Positions 12,761-25,937 of a stretch of 64,000 nt of DNA are shown one piece after another. Positions within the stretch are counted from its first letter, which is position 1. Every line of letters begins with the position of its first letter. The position numbers and the translations under genes were made by a program. The notes beneath the pieces are model-generated. The model ran no database searches, was not told where the DNA came from, and saw nothing but the letters and a program-made list of their open reading frames with translations. Source of the stretch: Ostrea edulis (taxonomy: Eukaryota); the NCBI RefSeq assembly GCF_947568905.1, contig NC_079172.1, positions 9,486,001 through 9,550,000 of the forward strand, in the 5' to 3' direction.

Positions 12761-14401
12761 TCATGGTTTTCACAATTCATCAAACTGTTCATTTCTAGTT
12801 TTCTTCCTTTTCAATGGGTCATTATTCTTGCTTACAATACACAAAATCAGTAAGATCAAGAATAGCTGATTAACAACATCTTTTCCCCCTTTTTAAGACA
12901 GTTGGCAAACTTCAAATATTCCATTGTTCATTGTAAAATTACCGGTGATCGGTCTCTTTGTATTAATTACGTCAAAGACGGGTCTCCCTTTGTCTCGTGT
13001 TTCTATAAATTAGTATTATCTGCTTTCGCTAGATTATTATTGATCGAAAACAAAAAGACTTACAGCATGGCATCACGATATCTTCACTCCGTACACACGA
13101 AACGAAAGATATTCAAAAGAAAAACTGTGCTGATTTGTATAATAAGAATTGTAATCACACAACAGACGCAGCAGACAAGTAATACCGGTACGGTAACATG
13201 GCCGCCTGCGTCTATTCGTGATCTAATGTCATCTACTTGTCTAGAAGGATATTCTTCTAGCTCCATCGAATCACTATTTCGGTTCCAAGTAAGTCTGCTG
13301 GTCATCAGAACTCATTTATCTGATAAATGTTTGGTTTTCCAGTAATAAGACACTAACAACCAACGGCAAACATTGAAACTACGGCCTACTTTATCAAAGC
13401 AGAGAAACAAATGAAATACGAACTCGAAAGACCGCGCTATTGTCAATATTGTCAGTTGTCTGCCAAAGAAGTGATGTCTTTATTACATGTGCATACATTT
13501 ATATCTAAGACTCGGCGTATTAAACCAGTTTGATTATAAACCAATATGTTTAATGAGAACCCCTTTGGTATGGAAAAGGTATGATAGGTACATGTACACC
13601 ATTGAACAACTGTATATATTAATTAGGTTTAAAAGGTATTTTAAATCCAAACGTGAATGTGAAACATGATGCAGTAAAATCAAAGTGGGTAGCCACTACA
13701 CTATAGGACAGAGAACTCACGTGTAGAAAATACACCATAAAACTGCCATGGACGACAGGGTATCTGTTGGAAATACTACCGATAATTGACAAGAAACATA
13801 GCGTTAGTTATGCAGACGATTGTAGATACGTACAACAGCATTGTTGTAGAGCAAATATGCTTCAACTTTTGTAGATTTGTACATTGTGATTCATATCCAA
13901 GGACATCAGAGAGATTGAAGTTCATATTGACTACACTTCCTGTCAAATATCTGTATACGTGCATATAATTAGAAGGCATTAATGATTCAAGCGAAAATAG
14001 TCCACAACCTTCTAAATCCTTGATATACTTCATAGGTATATTAATGGAAACTGCGTCATATAAAACAAGACTAGACGGACTCGTTGTATATCACGTGATT
14101 GAGCCGTATTTAAGGAACCATTGACGATAAAAACATCATGAAAAGAAATTTTACAGCAATACTCTAATCATGTGGAATGAATCTTCAAAATTACGCAGGA
14201 ACTGTAATTTGTATAGAAAAAGAGATCGAATGAAAAAACTCTAGGATGAAATCGAATATATTTAAGGCTCTCAGAAAATCTAAACGGAATGGAAAACCAT
14301 AAATGCTGCTCTCGTCATATCATCATAATTGTTTCCTTCAACATCTGAGTCCATCAACCAGTATATACCATTTTCACTTGTCCTTGTTAGTCCCTACAAA
14401 T

Positions 14402-14720
14402 CTGCCGTGATGGCCGAGTGTGTAGGGCGCATGCGTCGTAACGGGGAGGACCCTGGTTCAACTCCCAAACCCTGCGCCGCGTCAAACTTCAGACATTTAA
14501 TATAGTTTGTGACTGCTTCGCCAAGCGTCCGGCATTTGAAAAGAAAATCACTAGCCATCATGGCGTTAAAAACGGATATTCCCGCCACATGTACGTACGG
14601 CCTTAAGCGCCATGCACGCCTTGCATGGGTCTTAATTTCTGGCACTACATATGTACATCTACAGCTGGTGACGTCTGTATATGAGTGCAAAAATTTCCAA
14701 TGGAACTTAAAACAACTTAA
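14402..14720 (+). mobile_element. tRNA-headed SINE (degenerate)
   Basis: tggccgagtg (A box), ggttcaactccc (B box), tail ctacagctggtgacgtctgtatatgagtg. Confidence 0.62.
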
Positions 14721-15956
14721 GGAACATTCTACAAAACAAGGTCATAAAGGTCGTACCTCCCCTCCAAAAAAATTACGATCGACATTTGCTTGATTAAATC
14801 GAATATTTTGGAAAATATGATATATAATTTCATGATAATATCTCGAAATATAACGTTCCCCGTAAAATAAAATCTTTGCAACATTTTTATGCCAATCAAA
14901 ACTTTCTACATGTGGAAATACAAAAGCTCTCCAACAACGTTCTATGACAATGATACGATTTCCTGCGCTTGTTTGGCAATGAACAGATGTAAAAAATTCT
15001 TTATGAAAAGTACCATACTCCACGTGCCCTACGGGGATAGTTGTTAAAGATTCCTTTTATTACAAATTGAGGAACGTAAAGTCTAATGAAGTCCGAAGTC
15101 GAAGTGGCGCAGTTGGTGGGAGTTCCGAATGACATTAACCAGCGAGAAGACGACCGTCAACGCCATATAATGAATCGCACTACATGGAGTCATCGCAAGA
15201 AAACCCGCCAAATATTTTGTGAAATGGTCAATAGTCGCATATCAGGATAACAATGGTTTCGATTTTTCGCTTATTATCACGATTTGCATTTATCTGCAAT
15301 GTAGATTACTTCTGAGGGCCTGGGTTAGATCAGAGGAGAAATGTTGTTAGCTTTCGGTATCCTAGCTAAACTTTCGAATCCAATACGGATAAAAGGATTG
15401 ATTAACACTTTGTTTAAGAACCGTGTGACATGGCAAACGATTAGACACACAGCAGTTCATCTCTCTTTGGAAGTAATCTGATCAGTCTTCCTGCTATATT
15501 GTATTGATTGGTCACCATCAATAATCTGTCGATTGACTCTCTTTTCAAGTAGCATTTTCAAATGACGTTCTAGCGAGACTTTCAAATGCACCTCTGTACT
15601 TCTCACAATGCACAGATACTCAGCTTGGTTTTGGATATCGATATTAAGATGTTAATTGTAATTTTCATTCGGTTCTAATAAACTATAACCGCTAACCAAA
15701 CACAAATACATTACGTTAATGAACCAAAATCTGGATTTCATCAATATTGAGATAGATAGCATTTTCTTGAACTCATTAACAAAGACATTCAAAGTTTCGT
15801 GGTTTAGCAATGTAATAGACCTCTCTAATTGTGTTCCATCTACTTTCTAAAATAAAGAAATGGATATTGCAATGGAGCCCTTCTAGAAATAGCAATATAT
15901 GATGAACTTCATTGCTGATAATCACACCACAAGGTACAATTTCAAGCTAGACTTAC

Positions 15957-16395
15957 CTCTCCAATAAGGCTTATAAAGGGTCAGCGTTAGACATTCCTCG
16001 GTTGTTAAAGCGGTGTACAACCCAACATTACTAATATGCTCACGCCTCCCTTGAGGATACATATAAGATACTTCATCAGCGTTTGACAAATTAAGTCGAC
16101 GTTGAGAACAAGGTGATTTCGATTCATTTAAAAATTTCGTTTCACGCCATCTCTCATGGGAATTAGCTGGTCTTTGAAATCGTAACTGGCCGGCTCGCAA
16201 AGTAGCGTATGACAGCCCGTAAAAGGCCTCTGTAGGTGTCATTTTCCTGCTCCCTGTTGCGGGGAATTCAATCAGTAATCCCCTAACTCGCCCCTGTTTC
16301 AGTGGTATTTCTGTGGTCATGTGTCTAATAATAACAGGAGCCAAAATCCCCAGTAAGTTGCTTGCTAGTACCATGACGAAAAGGGTACCTCTCAT
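15957..16395 (-). CDS. NLGN: Variable first coding exon V1 (signal peptide + N-terminal esterase segment)
   Basis: ATG at 16395, hydrophobic N-terminus, QGRVRG, EAFYGLSY, LRFQRP, PCSQ, EECLTLTLYKP. Donor AGAG|GTAAGT, 439 nt, phase 1. Confidence 0.9.
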
Positions 16396-19175
16396 ATTCC
16401 GAAGCGGCCAGTTTCCGAAGAATCCTGACGAGTGCCGTTTCTCATACAGTAGGTATACTCATGACATTTATAAGATCACAAAACTCACAATGCGAAATCT
16501 TGGCGTGAAATTTAATCAATACCAGATCTTCACGAATCAAGGATGTATACTTCTCTTTCTCTTCAACACGTATCTCGGGCACGCGCAATGCTTATCCACA
16601 CCTAGCAGATGCTTGACAATGACCGTAAAATGTCTCATGGTACAGCGTTAGCCATTGGACTGAAAAGCCAATTGATCATTCCATCTTGCCTAACTTTGTG
16701 CCAAACTATGAAAATTGATTGCAAGGATTTCCAGTTTATTGAAAACAAAAATAAATGATCTAGCCTGAAAGTCTATGAATCGTTTGAATAACACTGGGGA
16801 ATATATGAGTAGGGGCTCTTCTGTATTACTGTCCATTTTCACCCCGCAGTAAAAGGAGATATTTATCTTAATTCGAAAGACGATAGACAGGGAAAATATT
16901 CCAAAGAGTCACGTGACCAAAGCATCCTAAGGCCAATTTGAATACATAATAGAACAAGTTACAGGAAGACAACCATAATGATAATATATTTTATTTTCGT
17001 ATTCAGATAGCTCACACATATTGGTACAGCGCTCAGTTTGGAGAAATTACCGTATGCATGAGATATCACAGCCGAGTGTTGTTGAAATCGCCTCCTTCAG
17101 GGTTTTACGTAAACGCATACAAATGAACATCCCACCATTCTTTGTTATGACAAATACACGAATAATCGATGAGATGGAATTAACAGATAAATGAATTCTC
17201 TATCGTTTATCACACCAGATAGACACCGTAACATAGAGAAGGAAAATAATGTAACATTTAATGTTTTAGTTGGATCATATCTGACACAATGTTGAGGGCT
17301 TTCCATTATACGGTTTTCGAAGTGCCGTCATTTTTCAGACTACATGTAATGGCAAAATAAATGTATGAAAACAGTTAAATGACTTCACTGTCTGTATAAC
17401 TATCTTGTTTTAATTTATCAACCTGTATAGCAACAACCTTTCAAAGTTATATAATACAGAATATATTTGTTAAGAGTTTGAAAGAGCTAGTAGGACATAT
17501 TCATGTAACGGAACATCCTTTAATAAATTTATATTTTTATATTTTCTAATGTCTTTCCTGTTTGCAACTGAGAAAATCGGACCAAAATTCCACACATCAC
17601 CGGTCACACGAACGTGATCAAGACACTTGATATCTATCCACATGAACATACTTTTGAAGGTAAATTTAATGCCTATTTTTTTTTTGTATAACTAAATGCT
17701 CAACAACGACATGTATATTGTTCTCAGATAAGATGGAACTATATTTCAGATGGTTTTCGTTCACAAAGCCTAGAAGTTGCATGCCAATTAAGCTATTCCT
17801 TAAGTGATTCCAAAAATTTGACTACTGAAGCTTTTGATTGGCTGATACATTTTCGACGTCCTCACAACGTACAAATGTACACGTACAGACCAAGTCACTA
17901 CTTTTATGTTCATTCTTATTAGTATACCTTTGATGATTAATGCGAATAAGCAAAGTGCAGTAATTGGAGTTGGATTAGAATTGTCGCCAGTGACATGCAC
18001 CTTAATTTTCCACTGCGATATGTTGATTTACTAATATCCGGAAGGAAAGTCTCGGAGATATTTTTCATCACAATCGGGAAATCTGTTTTATTATGGGAAT
18101 TCGTATAAGCAAAGGCTACTTATTCCATTACTGCTCACTTCTGCTCGTTATGCAGAATCTAACAATAGTACACACCGCACCAATTCGCGCAACCCGTCTG
18201 ACTTGATCATTTTCATCTATTATTCGGAACAAAATTGATCTATCTGCTGCATTAATCGAAAATAATGAAATAATCACGACAATAATATGATCGTGAGTCC
18301 GAATTCGTAATCTACGGCTGTTTACGCGGTGATGAATCGGTATTTTGCCGAGATGCAAACATTATTACGAAGGATGCAAAGTAATTGGACTTCGATCGCC
18401 GCGGTGGGATCATCGGTCAGCGACGGAAATAAGTCCGCGTGGTCAAGCAAGAAAAAGTAGTTCCAATGAAGTTTGGGTTTGTTTTCCGCATGAACGTATA
18501 TAGTGTCTTTACGGAAGTTATCCCGGGATAAACTTCTCTCAAGAATGTATTTTTCTATCCATGTCTAATGGCATTACAAGCAGGTTAAATGGAACGTCTT
18601 TATATTACGTGTACAAGTATAGCTGTAATTATGATAGACTTTTACACTTGGGTAAGATTTTCGTCATCTTTATGCATAGTTTATGCGAAACACACTGGCC
18701 AGATTGTTACGAAGAAACTGTACATAATAATGTAAATATAGTTTGAAAGCAGCTAGATTCTATCTCTCAAAGATTTTTTAATATCTTGAAGCAAGTGCTA
18801 TTGTTTATTTAATTTATATATATATATAATAAATGCATTATAATGTACACATCATTTTCAAAACCTTACTCTTTTGTAGTACAACAATCATCGTGCAAAC
18901 AAAATGGAAATTGGATTCTTGACTTCTGCATGCGAGTGGTTCCACAAGGCATGAAAGATATCGTTTATAAAACTTCCCAGTCCAATCTAACTGTTAAGAT
19001 ACCGACCTGCAGGACAATACATCCCACTGACATGTACAAGTTTACCTAAGGTGGCCACATATACCCCCGGAGTATCAAAAGCGAATGAATAACATACAGT
19101 AGATTTTAATTATTGGAAATATTATCAAGAACATATTTGATGTAATACAGATGATAATCACCCATATGTTCTATA

Positions 19176-19176
<1 letters not shown>

Positions 19177-19227
<51 letters not shown>
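19177..19227. repeat. (C)n(CT)n microsatellite
   Basis: Read directly. Confidence 0.95.
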
Positions 19228-19228
<1 letters not shown>

Positions 19229-20629
19229 GGAATTGGATAACGTCTTTACTTCAAATCATACATACGTAATAATATCTACACAAATTATTGACAGAAACTT
19301 GTCTATACTAAACATCAGGGCCTACATCACTTGGCAAATACATCAAGAAGTCTATTCAAAGCCTTGAGAAACCTTAAAGTCATTCTGCTGAGTAGAAGGG
19401 ATTCAATTTCATTAATACTCTTTACGGCTTGATGTATTTACTTAGTGATTTTCTCCTGGAAATGGGATTTTTTTTTTGAAAAGCATTTAATTAAAGACAA
19501 CCAAGTACGTATTTCCAATATCTCTTTCCCCATCCGCTGTACATATTTCCTGAACCCTCGTCTTCTAGATATGATATATATTCAGTGATATGAAATTATA
19601 TACACTTGAGGTCGATGCGATGGTTTAACTACCTGTGAAGTGCAATATTCATCAAACACGCAAGGCGAGGTAAATAATGTCCGTCAGGGGTACAGCTAAA
19701 GCATCATACTAGCCGAAAATATCACTAATTGTGTTATTATAGGATTCAATAATTTAAAACATCAAAACTGACTGCTAGAGTCTAGGAAACAACACCGGAT
19801 CCGTCATCTTTGTCTATAGCTAGACTGCAAAACATATAGTTGAAGGTGATTAGAGATACGAGATTTGTTTATTATTTGACTATACAATTCTTAATTGAGT
19901 TATTAAAAGAATGATAATCAATCCTTTCAATTTTGATATTTCCAATTCATTTTTGACCCGATGTTGGAACGAAGGCATACATGAGGATGAATATAACTTT
20001 CTAGTTCTCCGGGATTGTTGGATCTCAGCCAATCGGAAAGACGGAATTATTCGACCATATAATATACTTTTGTTCAGAAATAACTGTCGACATGTAAGAA
20101 ACAAAGCAAGCAATTTGAATGCAGATGCAGACTCAAACGACCATCTCGTTTGTAATCATAAGAAAATATCCACCACTTCTCCAAATGTTTAACTTTGAAT
20201 GAAATTCAGATTGGCACTCAAACATTACAAACTGCATTCAAATATTTATAAGTGGACTTCATATGTTACGATCCATTGCTCAATGAAATATATGTACACC
20301 TACATGCATGTGTACAAGCATGTAAAATGGATTTCCCCTCAAAATCTATGTACATTACATGTACGTTCCGAATGAACGATTTTTATTTCCCTTTGGTGGA
20401 TCCAGAATTTCGTTTAACGGAGTGTGACCTGTGGACATTTAGGGATGTGGCTTTGAGGCCGCAAGGGAGGCAAATTCTTTCTATCCTAGTTTTAATCTTG
20501 TCTAGGGACAATATCTGAAAGCCAAAATCTTTTAAAATTGATAGGAGATAGAATTTTCATTATTTCCCACTGTACGCAGAGTGGATTTGAAGCTGATAAA
20601 GATCCAGAGGTCAGGTTCCTCATAAGGTT

Positions 20630-20781
20630 TTGCACCTATTAAACTGACAGGGATGCTTACTCCTCCAGCGCACCTGATCCCACCTCTGGTGTGCCCAGGG
20701 TCCGTGTTTGCTTTACTACTTAATTTGCATTCTTTATAGGAATTGTGAGATTGATCAATGTTCGTTATCTTCACTTTTTCA
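20630..20781 (+). mobile_element. Penelope-like element 3' end fragment
   Basis: gggatgcttactcctcc...cacctgatcccacctctggtgtgcccaggg...gttcgttatcttcac. Confidence 0.78.
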
Positions 20782-23700
20782 TCTTAACGAGAGCCCTAGG
20801 GAGGAAGCCCAAACAGACAATGCCTGTTTCCAAAATATTTTCATAAATTCTATAAACTTCGTATTGCTTAACTGAGTATTTCAATTAAATAGATACATGA
20901 ACCGATATGTTCAAATATACATATGCACTTATGGTATTTCATGAAAACAAAACGAACAGTACTGCTGAAACTGTCTAAATACAGTCAAGGAAAATGCACA
21001 ACGATATACGATTACATTCATATCACTCAAATGCTCTTGTCATTTTGTGTCGCATATATATATTGGCATGTACTTTCGTCGCAAAAAAATAATTCTTTTT
21101 AAAAAAAAAAAAAACTTGTCGTTTTGACAAATGTCTTCTACTTACAGTAATAAAAATCAGCATTACTTTTGAGGAACATGAAAATGTTTCATTAAATGGT
21201 TTTCTTTTTAAAAGTCGCATCGTTTTCTGAACAAAACTCCCAAATGAATCGAGACGAGTTCTAAAACGCTTACTTAATTGTAAAATCGATACATCTTGTA
21301 GAGGAATTAAGGAAAAACCCGTGATCACCGTGGAAACACAATCTTAGTAAATTGTTCGTATTTTATTTTGAAAGCGCAACAGGAAAGCTAAAAAGTCGTT
21401 CTAAAGCATTGCAGACGCAAGAACAAATTGCACGTAAATGTTTAATTGCCGGAGATTTCCACGCATTGGTTTTTAATGTCATACAAGTCAATAACGGAAT
21501 TCCATGATACAAAATGTACATTATGTCCAATTATTAAGTTCTCTCCACCTAACATTTATAGAATCTACAATTTCGCGCGTCATGATGCATCTAGGTTGAA
21601 ATTTTGTGTAATTTTCTGATGGTTTCCTCACACGCAACTTTCCAGTGTTCAGGAATTTCATGGAAAAAAAAATTGACAAGGCAGATTAAAATCAAGAATA
21701 AAAGCGTTCAGTCGTGACGGAGCATTGTTTTAATGAAATTAATTCCAGACCTTATGGGTTCAAATTGCTGATAAAATAGACATAAATCAGAATAGTGTTT
21801 CTAACCGAATTTCCCTGCACATGCAATACAATAATATTTCTTTCTTAAATGTAATTTTGCAGTGCATTTCTTTTCCTGAAAATATTCTTCTTTTGTAAAT
21901 TATAACTCATGAATTTGTTCACAAATTGAAGTGTAGCTGTAACTGAAAGATGGATTCTGTCAGCCTTTCACTACAAAGGAGCAAACTTCAATTTATTCAA
22001 AATACTGTCAAAAGTCAGATTAATTTGACTTTTAACATACAATTTTCGGAATTCCTTAACTAAAAGCTACCTTTAAACACTTCAGAACATCTATTTACGC
22101 CTTGCTAATATAATATTTTGTCCAAATCATAATCTACATTAATTCGCACACTTTGAATTGAATTATAGTGGCATGTTTCACCAAAAATATATTAATGGGT
22201 TTTTGTTGTTTAACGTCCCAGAGGGAGTATTTCACTCAGCTGTGCCACATTTAGCTGTGCTTTTGACAAAATCTCTTGGAGATAGGCATTCACACGCATG
22301 TAACCAGGAACAGGTTACTCGGCAGAATTGTTATTTAAGATCCCAATTACACAGAGTCCCATTATAAAGAATTCCATTCCATATAACCAACTTTAAGTAC
22401 CGCGGGTTTAAGTGTACATGTATGATTTGGGCTCTGGACAGTGAATGCTCATTATGTCATTCGATCCCTGACAAAATCCTCACAAAGGGTGCGAATCTAC
22501 TATTTTTTGCAGCTATAGAAAAGGTGATTTGCACATGTGAGTGTACGAATCTTTTAAGTCTCCGATGCTAAATCCTCTTTCTGAAAATGATTACCGGTAC
22601 TTAAATTATCCCCCAACGAGCAAATCGTGAATGAATGCTCATAGTAGAATGAAAAGGCATATTTTTGTAACCCCCTCAACACAACGAGTAATAGTGAGAG
22701 GTAATTCGGAAGCTCTATTCTAATTACCGTTCTGGATTGAAGGTATCAAACCCCCATATGCGTAAGCCGGACGCAGTTTACCCAAGATGAAGCAGAGGTA
22801 TAAATGGTTAGGTGTTTGGCTAAAATCAGGAATGAAATTATTTGGAATTGAAAGAAATATTATAGAAGTTGTAATCAATTGTCGGGATGTGATATATTAT
22901 CGCAAAAAATCAAGAAATACTTGAGGGTATTGCCACGGTAGGGGTGTGTGTTGAAATAAAGGGTGTAATTGATTGCAGATCGTTATGTGTTGTTAAAAAG
23001 TAGAAATAGTACCTATAAAAGCAACGAGACCTTACATGTATATAATTGTTGTGGGTTATTTTTATTTGCGTTCAAATGTTGACGGCCATTTCATTTGTCT
23101 AAAATTATTATAGCTAATTAGTGAAAGAGCGAACATTTAATATCAGGATCTATGGGAAATGAATTGGTACCCTTTCCCTTTATTGTGCTTTCAGCACATT
23201 TCGTCGTTACCAATGGGCACAGGGTGATAATCTTGATAGAACATCATTTCGTGTCGTCTGTGAGTATGGCGGTCGGTAATCTACAGGAATCGTTTCGTCC
23301 AGAGTTCACCGTCTGACAACAACGTATCTTCAGTTGACATATGTATTCCTTGGAACATCTTGATAAATTAACGACAGATAATCTATACTTAAAGGTTTCA
23401 AATATATCTCCCATTGGAACACCGTCAGAGATGTCATAGACAGAGTTCGTAGCAACAGGGGTTCTGAAATCGAAGTCCGATAAAAATACGAACTAATTTT
23501 TACCATTAAGAGGTGTCTAGCGATTTCTATGTATACTCTGTTATGTGAGAGGTTTTATAGCTTTGACGACACCTCTACAAGGCAAGGGATGCAACTCAAT
23601 GTGTCATCTACAATTTGCTTTTTTAAAGTAGAGAATGCATTGATACGAGAGACAGATCAAACGTTGTTACACAATAAAACACAATCTCTTATCATGAAAT

Positions 23701-24366
23701 CATTGCGCGCTCTGTGATCGTCACTGTTCGGTGTCACAAAATCAATACCCCGCGAGTAAAAATATCTCGTGAACGAATTTACTAGTATCAAAGTCATAAC
23801 CTTTCAGAAGAGAACACGACTGTTTCATTAACAGCAGGTTCTCAAACAAATAGCATCTTTATCACCTGCAAAATGTAGCTTCACAATACATCAAGCATGT
23901 ATTCAATGAAGTCGTACAGTTACTCAACGGTTTGATCGTTATTAAATAAAAATAAATGTTGTGTTCACATTGAATGCAGACTACTGCATTAGCTTCTCCA
24001 ATGGATTTCATGCTGTGTATGTAATCGGTTTAAACTGTATCTTGTACATTATAGGAAATTCTCTACAGGTGTGCAAGTTTCATAGATTCTATAATACATG
24101 TTAAGCTGATGTCAGATTTTAAGGGCTGGACATTTCGATCTTATGTAACTCGCTTATATTGTATTTTGTGTCTGAATTATATATGAAGCAGTTCTAATTG
24201 CCCCCAATTTTATGGGGGCAATTATCTCTTTTCATGCATACAATATTTATACTATCATCAAATTGATTAATAGCTTGTGGTATAAGGGAACTGTCAGAAT
24301 AGTTCATCCATATTGACTCTCAGGGGCAAAACTAGATATACAGGTAGAATGCCAAAGGACGAGTAA

Positions 24367-24696
24367 TTAAGGTAGTACTCTACATCGTCATAATGGCTGA
24401 CTTCCTTTAAAAACATGATTGAAAAAATCGATATCAGCAATATTTGACTTTTCCTTTTCCATTTAAATACCTAGCCGAGTAGCTCAGTAGGTTAGAATAC
24501 CGACTGCTGACCTGTAGGTCGCAGGTTCGAGTGCAGCAGGGTTTTTTTTTTTTTTTTTTTCAGATTACCTTCTACTAAAACTGTATTTTTTGACAAAATA
24601 AAGTAAATTTGAAAATTTTCAACTTCAAAATATTTTTGTACATATCCTCCACTTTTCATCTACATCAAATTTCTCTGGTGTAGCACACCTCCTTAA
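24367..24696. mobile_element. TTAA-flanked ~320-bp element with internal tRNA-like Pol III unit, copy 2
   Basis: ttaa|ggtagtactctacatc ... gtgtagcacacctcc|ttaa (imperfect TIR). A box tagctcagtagg, B box ggttcgagtgc, then a long T run. Confidence 0.72.
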
Positions 24697-25513
24697 GTGT
24701 TGTGTCAACGGCAACGGCGAATTTTAAAGATATCGTGACCCTCGCTTCTAATGAAAAACGTGTCATTCCTACACAACAGTCAATTCAAATTCATTCGCAA
24801 TACACATCTTAATTTCCACCTTCTCTTAGGGTAGCTATACATGTAGGAGATCGAGTGTATAATGAATAGGCAACCCATGTTCCAGGATGTAAAAACTGTT
24901 GCTTGTATGATTGCCTGCATACACACCCTTAATATTTAAATAAGGATTACCGTATATGTTTCTGCACTCACTATTTGCATTCAACTTGGATTTGTGGTCT
25001 TTTAATTGGCCCTTAGTAGATGCATTGCCTGTCTGAGGAGGATTCATTTATCACCGTCTTCCTTCAATAAACTTTTCAGAGGTTGAGACCGCCAGTCTCC
25101 AGAGGCTCTACAGGTAATGTCATATTGAACCAAACAGGTTCATCTACGTTTTCTGTGCATGACGTCAGAACCTTTCATTATGGTATTGGTTTAACGTGTA
25201 TTTTGGCTGGACGACACGTAAATAATGTTTTTGTGAGAACGTTTCCTCATCTAGTTCACAAATATCATATATATTCATAGTGAGAATTTCAATAGTAATT
25301 CTTCATGATGTTGTTTAGATAGCCTAAATTATTAATAGGTTACGATACAACACGTCAAAATGTTCAAGATATAATATACTGCTTGTACAATGTATTTCTG
25401 TAGATTAGGAAAACTTTATGACTACATGGTTGTATAATTCTGCTTTACTAATTGCTTCAAAATTGTTCTGAAAAGGGCATTTCCGGTCTAAATAATGTCC
25501 GACACGTACTCAC

Positions 25514-25937
25514 CTTTTGTATGCGGTCTGTACAACGTTAGACTGAGGCAGTCTTCAGTTATATTAAAAACTGAATGGCTAATTCTCTCCAACCTTTTTC
25601 TGAACCCCTTTGGGTCTCGTTTCTTTAAATCCTGACCCCAGAACATCCTCTGGGGACATGGTGCACGTGGATATTGGAATAGGCGTATGTCGTGCCATAT
25701 TTCGGATACAACAGTGCCAGGCATGAACCGGAAAGTTGATCCGTAGATGGTTGAATACTGTAATCCTCTGTATGTTTCCGCTGACTTTAAAACATAGTCA
25801 TGAAATCCGACAATTTTCCCTTGAATTTGACCGTAATGGGTGTTCACTATTGGGCCCATTTCCTGGATGAAGACTTCACATGAGGTATGGAGAACACACT
25901 CGTTAAAAACTAATAATAAAACCCAGTATAATTTCAT
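25514..25937 (-). CDS. NLGN: Variable first coding exon V2 (signal peptide + N-terminal esterase segment)
   Basis: ATG at 25937, signal-like N-terminus, IVNTHYGQIQG, ETYRGLQY, FRFMP, PCPQ, EDCLSLTLYRP. Donor AAAG|GTGAGT, 424 nt, phase 1. Confidence 0.88.

Noticed and set aside
24472-24541. Genuine tRNA genes here and at 1071, 8513, 14402, 30081 and 58622
   Set aside because: A/B boxes are present, but acceptor and anticodon stems do not pair properly and each sits within a repeat.
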